From NCBI GenBank assembly GCA_002269645.1, contig NIVC01001887.1, forward strand, positions 124,001-188,000: a DNA stretch of 64,000 nucleotides, written 5' to 3'. Below are positions 60,276 to 64,000 of the stretch, in pieces; the stretch's first letter is position 1, and each line of letters begins with the position of its first letter. The DNA comes from Macrostomum lignano. Taxonomy: Eukaryota. A program made the translations under genes and the position numbers. The notes beneath the pieces are model-generated. The model searched no databases. It saw only the letters and a program-made list of their open reading frames with translations, and was not told the origin of the DNA.

Positions 60276-63200
60276 ACTCCCTCTCTCATCTCTCCAGATC
60301 CCCTCTCTCATCTCCCCAGATCCCCTCTCTCATCTCTCCAGATCCCCTCTCTCATCACCCCAGACTCCCTCTCTCATCTCTCCAGATTCCCTCTCTCATC
60401 TCTCCAGATCCCCTCTCTCATCTCCCCAGATCCCCTCTGTCATCTCTCTAGATCCCCTCTCTCATCTCTCCAGATCCCCTCTCTCATCACCCCAGACTCC
60501 CTCTCTCATCTCTCCAGATCCCCTCTCTCATCTCCCCAGATCCCCTCTCTCATCTCTCCAGATCCCCTCTCTCATCTCCCCAGATCCCCTCTCTCATCTC
60601 CCCAGATCCCCTCTCTTATCTCTCCAGATCCCCTCTCTCATCTCCCCAGATCCCCTCTCTCATCACCCCAGATCCCCTCTCTCATCACCCCAGATCCCCT
60701 CTCTCATCACCCCAGATCCCCTCTCTCATCTCCCCAGATCCCCTCTCTCATCTCCCCAGATCCTCTCTCTCATCTCCCCAGATCCCCTCTCTCATCACCC
60801 CAGATCCCCTCTCTCATCACCCCAGATCCCCTCTCTCATCTCCCCAGATCCCCTCTCTCATCTCTCCAGATCCCCTCTCTCATCTCTCCAGATCCCCTCT
60901 CTCATCTCCCCAGATCCCCTCTCTCATCACCCCAGATCCCCTCTCTCATCACCCCAGATCCCCTCTCTCATCTCTCCAGATCCCCTCTCTCATCTCCCCA
61001 GATCCCCTCTCTCATCACCCCAGACTCCCTCTCTCATCTCTCCAGATCCCCTCTCTCATCTCTCCAGATCCCCTCTCTCATCACCCCAGATCCCCTCTCT
61101 CATCTCCCCAGATCCCCTCTCTCATCACCCCAGACCCCCTCTCTCATCTCCCCAGATCCCCTCTCTCATCTCCCCAGATCCCCTCTCTCATCACCCCAGA
61201 TCCCCTCTCTCATCTCTCCAGATCCCCTCTCTCATCTCCCCAGATCCCCTCTCTCATCACCCCAGATCCCCTCTCTCATCTCCCCAGATCCCCTCTCTCA
61301 TCTCTCCAGATCCCCTCTCTCATCTCCCCAGATCCCCTCTCTCATCTCCCCAGATCCCCTCTCTTATCTCTCCAGATCCCCTCTCTCATCTCCCCAGATC
61401 CCCTCTCTCATCACCCCAGATCCCCTCTCTCATCTCCCCAGATCCCCTCTCTCATCTCCCCAGATCCCCTCTCTTATCTCTCCAGATCCCCTCTCTCATC
61501 TCCCCAGATCCCCTCTCATCACCCCAGATCCCCTCTCTCATCACCCCAGATCCCCTCTCTCATCTCCCCAGATCCCCTCTCTCATCTCCCCAGATCCCTC
61601 TCTCATCACCCCAGACCCCCCTCTAATCTCCCCAGACCCCCTCTCTCATCACCCCAGACCCCCCTCTAATCTCCCCAGATCCCCTCTCTCATCACCCCAG
61701 ATCCCCTCTCTCATCTCCCCAGATCCCCTCTCTCATCACCCCAGATCCCCTCTCTCATCTCCCCAGATCCCCTCTCTCATCACCCCAGATCCCCTCTCTC
61801 ATCTCTCCAGATCCCCTCTCTCATCTCCCCAGATCCCCTCTCTCATCACCCCAGATCCCCTCTCTCATCTCCCCAGATCCCCTCTCTCATCTCCCCAGAT
61901 CCCCTCTCTCATCTCTCCAGATCCCCTCTCTCATCTCCCCAGATCCCCTCTCTCATCACCCCAGATCCCCTCTCTCATCTCCCCAGATCCCCTCTCTCAT
62001 CTCTCCAGATCCCCTCTCTCATCTCTCCAGATCCCCTCTCTCATCTCCCCAGATCCCCTCTCTCATCACCCCAGATCCCCTCTCTCATCTCCCCAGATCC
62101 CCTCTCTCATCACCCCAGATCCCCTCTCTCATCTCTCCAGATCCCCTCTCTCATCTCCCCAGATCCCCTCTCTCATCACCCCAGATCCCCTCTCTCATCT
62201 CTCCAGATCCCCTCTCTCATCTCTCCAGATCCCCTCTCTCATCACCCCAGATCCCCTCTCTCATCTCCCCAGATCCCCTCTCTCATCACCCCAGACCCCC
62301 TCTCTCATCTCCCAGATCCCCTCTCTCATCTCCCCAGATCCCCTCTCTCATCACCCCAGATCCCCTCTCTCATCTCTCCAGATCCCCTCTCTCATCTCCC
62401 CAGATCCCCTCTCTCATCACCCCAGATCCCCTCTCTCATCTCCCCAGATCCCCTCTCTCATCTCTCCAGATCCCCTCTCTCATCTCCCCAGATCCCCTCT
62501 CTCATCTCCCCAGATCCCCTCTCTTATCTCTCCAGATCCCCTCTCTCATCTCCCCAGATCCCCTCTCTCATCACCCCAGATCCCCTCTCTCATCTCCCCA
62601 GATCCCCTCTCTCATCTCCCCAGATCCCCTCTCTTATCTCTCCAGATCCCCTCTCTCATCTCCCTAGATCCCCTCTCATCACCCCAGATCCCCTCTCTCA
62701 TCACCCCAGATCCCCTCTCTCATCTCCCCAGATCCCCTCTCTCATCTCCCCAGATCCCTCTCTCATCACCCCAGACCCCCTCTAATCTCCCCAGACCCCC
62801 TCTCTCATCACCCCAGACCCCCTCTAATCTCCCCAGATCCCCTCTCTCATCACCCCAGATCCCCTCTCTCATCTCCCCAGATCCCCTCTCTCATCACCCC
62901 AGATCCCCTCTCTCATCTCCCCAGATCCCCTCTCTCATCACCTTAGATCCCCTCTCTCATCTCTCCAGATCCCCTCTCTCATCTCCCCAGATCCCCTCTC
63001 TCATCACCCCAGATCCCCTCTCTCATCTCCCCAGATCCCCTCTCTCATCTCCCCAGATCCCCTCTCTCATCTCTCCAGATCCCCTCTCTCATCTCCCCAG
63101 ATCCCTTCTCTCATCTCCCCAGATCCCCTCTCTTATCTCTCCAGATCCCCTCTCTCATCTCCCCAGATCCCCTCTCTCATCACCCCAGATCCCCTCTCTC

Positions 63201-64000
63201 ATCTCCCCAGACCCCCTCTCTCATCTCCCCAGATCCCCTCTCTTATCTCTCCAGATCCCCTCTCTCATCTCCCCAGATCCCCTCTCATCACCCCAGATCC
63301 CCTCTCTCATCACCCCAGATCCCCTCTCTCATCTCCCCAGATCCCCTCTCTCATCTCCCCAGATCCCTCTCTCATTACCCCAGACCCCCCTCTAATCTCC
63401 CCAGACCCCCTCTCTCATCTCCCCAGATCCCCTCTCTTATCTCTCCAGATCCCCTCTCTCATCTCCCCAGATCCCCACTCATCACCCCAGATCCCCTCTC
63501 TCATCACCCCAGATCCCCTCTCTCATCTCCCCAGATCCCCTCTCTCATCTCCCCAGATCCCTCTCTCATCACCCCAGACCCCCTCTAATCTCCCCAGACC
63601 CCCTCTCTCATCACCCCAGACCCCCTCTAATCTCCCCAGATCCCCTCTCTCATCACCCCAGATCCCCTCTCTCATCACCCCAGATCCCCTCTCTCATCTC
63701 CCCAGATCCCCTCTCTCATCTCCCCAGATCCCTCTCTCATCACCCCAGACCCCCCTCTAATCTCCCCAGACCCCCTCTCTCATCACCCCAGACCCCCCTC
63801 TAATCTCCCCAGATCCCCTCTCTCATCACCCCAGATCCCCTCTCTCATCTCCCCAGATCCCCTCTCTCATCACCCCAGATCCCCTCTCTCATCTCTCCAG
63901 ATCCCCTCTCTCATCTCCCCAGATCCCCTCTCTCATCTCCCCAGATCCCCTCTCTCATCTCCCCAGATCCCCTCTCTCATCTCCCCAGATCCCCTCTCTC
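60276..64000. repeat. 22-bp satellite (AGATCCCCTCTCTCATCTCCCC)n with higher-order structure, runs off the window end
   Basis: Seen directly; variant units recur at a 1160-bp offset. Confidence 0.97.

Overview
Eukaryotic (animal) genomic DNA, not prokaryotic. GC-rich, CpG-rich exons are separated by introns packed with intron-specific minisatellites, a style most like a macrostomid flatworm (inference). Seven host protein-coding genes or gene parts were reconstructed from splice sites and reading phase: (1) the last two exons of an unidentified coiled-coil gene (+); (2) an intronless secreted Cys-rich protein (-); (3) a 7-exon nicotinic-type Cys-loop receptor alpha subunit with a rebuilt ligand site (+); (4) acyl-CoA thioesterase 8 (-), with no convincing ATG exon found; (5) beta-tubulin (-); (6) RERE/atrophin (+), with an intronic tRNA-Leu(CAG); (7) a class IIa HDAC (+). 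Mobile DNA includes a complete young Ty3/Gypsy element inside a (TAG)n microsatellite, with identical 216-bp LTRs, a tRNA-iMet PBS and a predicted -1 frameshift pseudoknot. There are also Penelope-like fragments with hammerhead-ribozyme cores, a decayed mariner and MITE-like elements. Two AT-rich, CpG-eroded islands (about 33.3-41.35 kb and 50.6-52.45 kb) look compositionally foreign. The most striking unexplained signals are a dense cluster of MEF2 consensus sites just downstream of the MEF2-corepressor HDAC gene, the microsatellite-embedded Gypsy, the non-canonical receptor and a possible spliced-leader-supplied start codon for ACOT8. Most long ORFs in the supplied track are artefacts of tandem repeats. 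All alignments and counts were done by eye.
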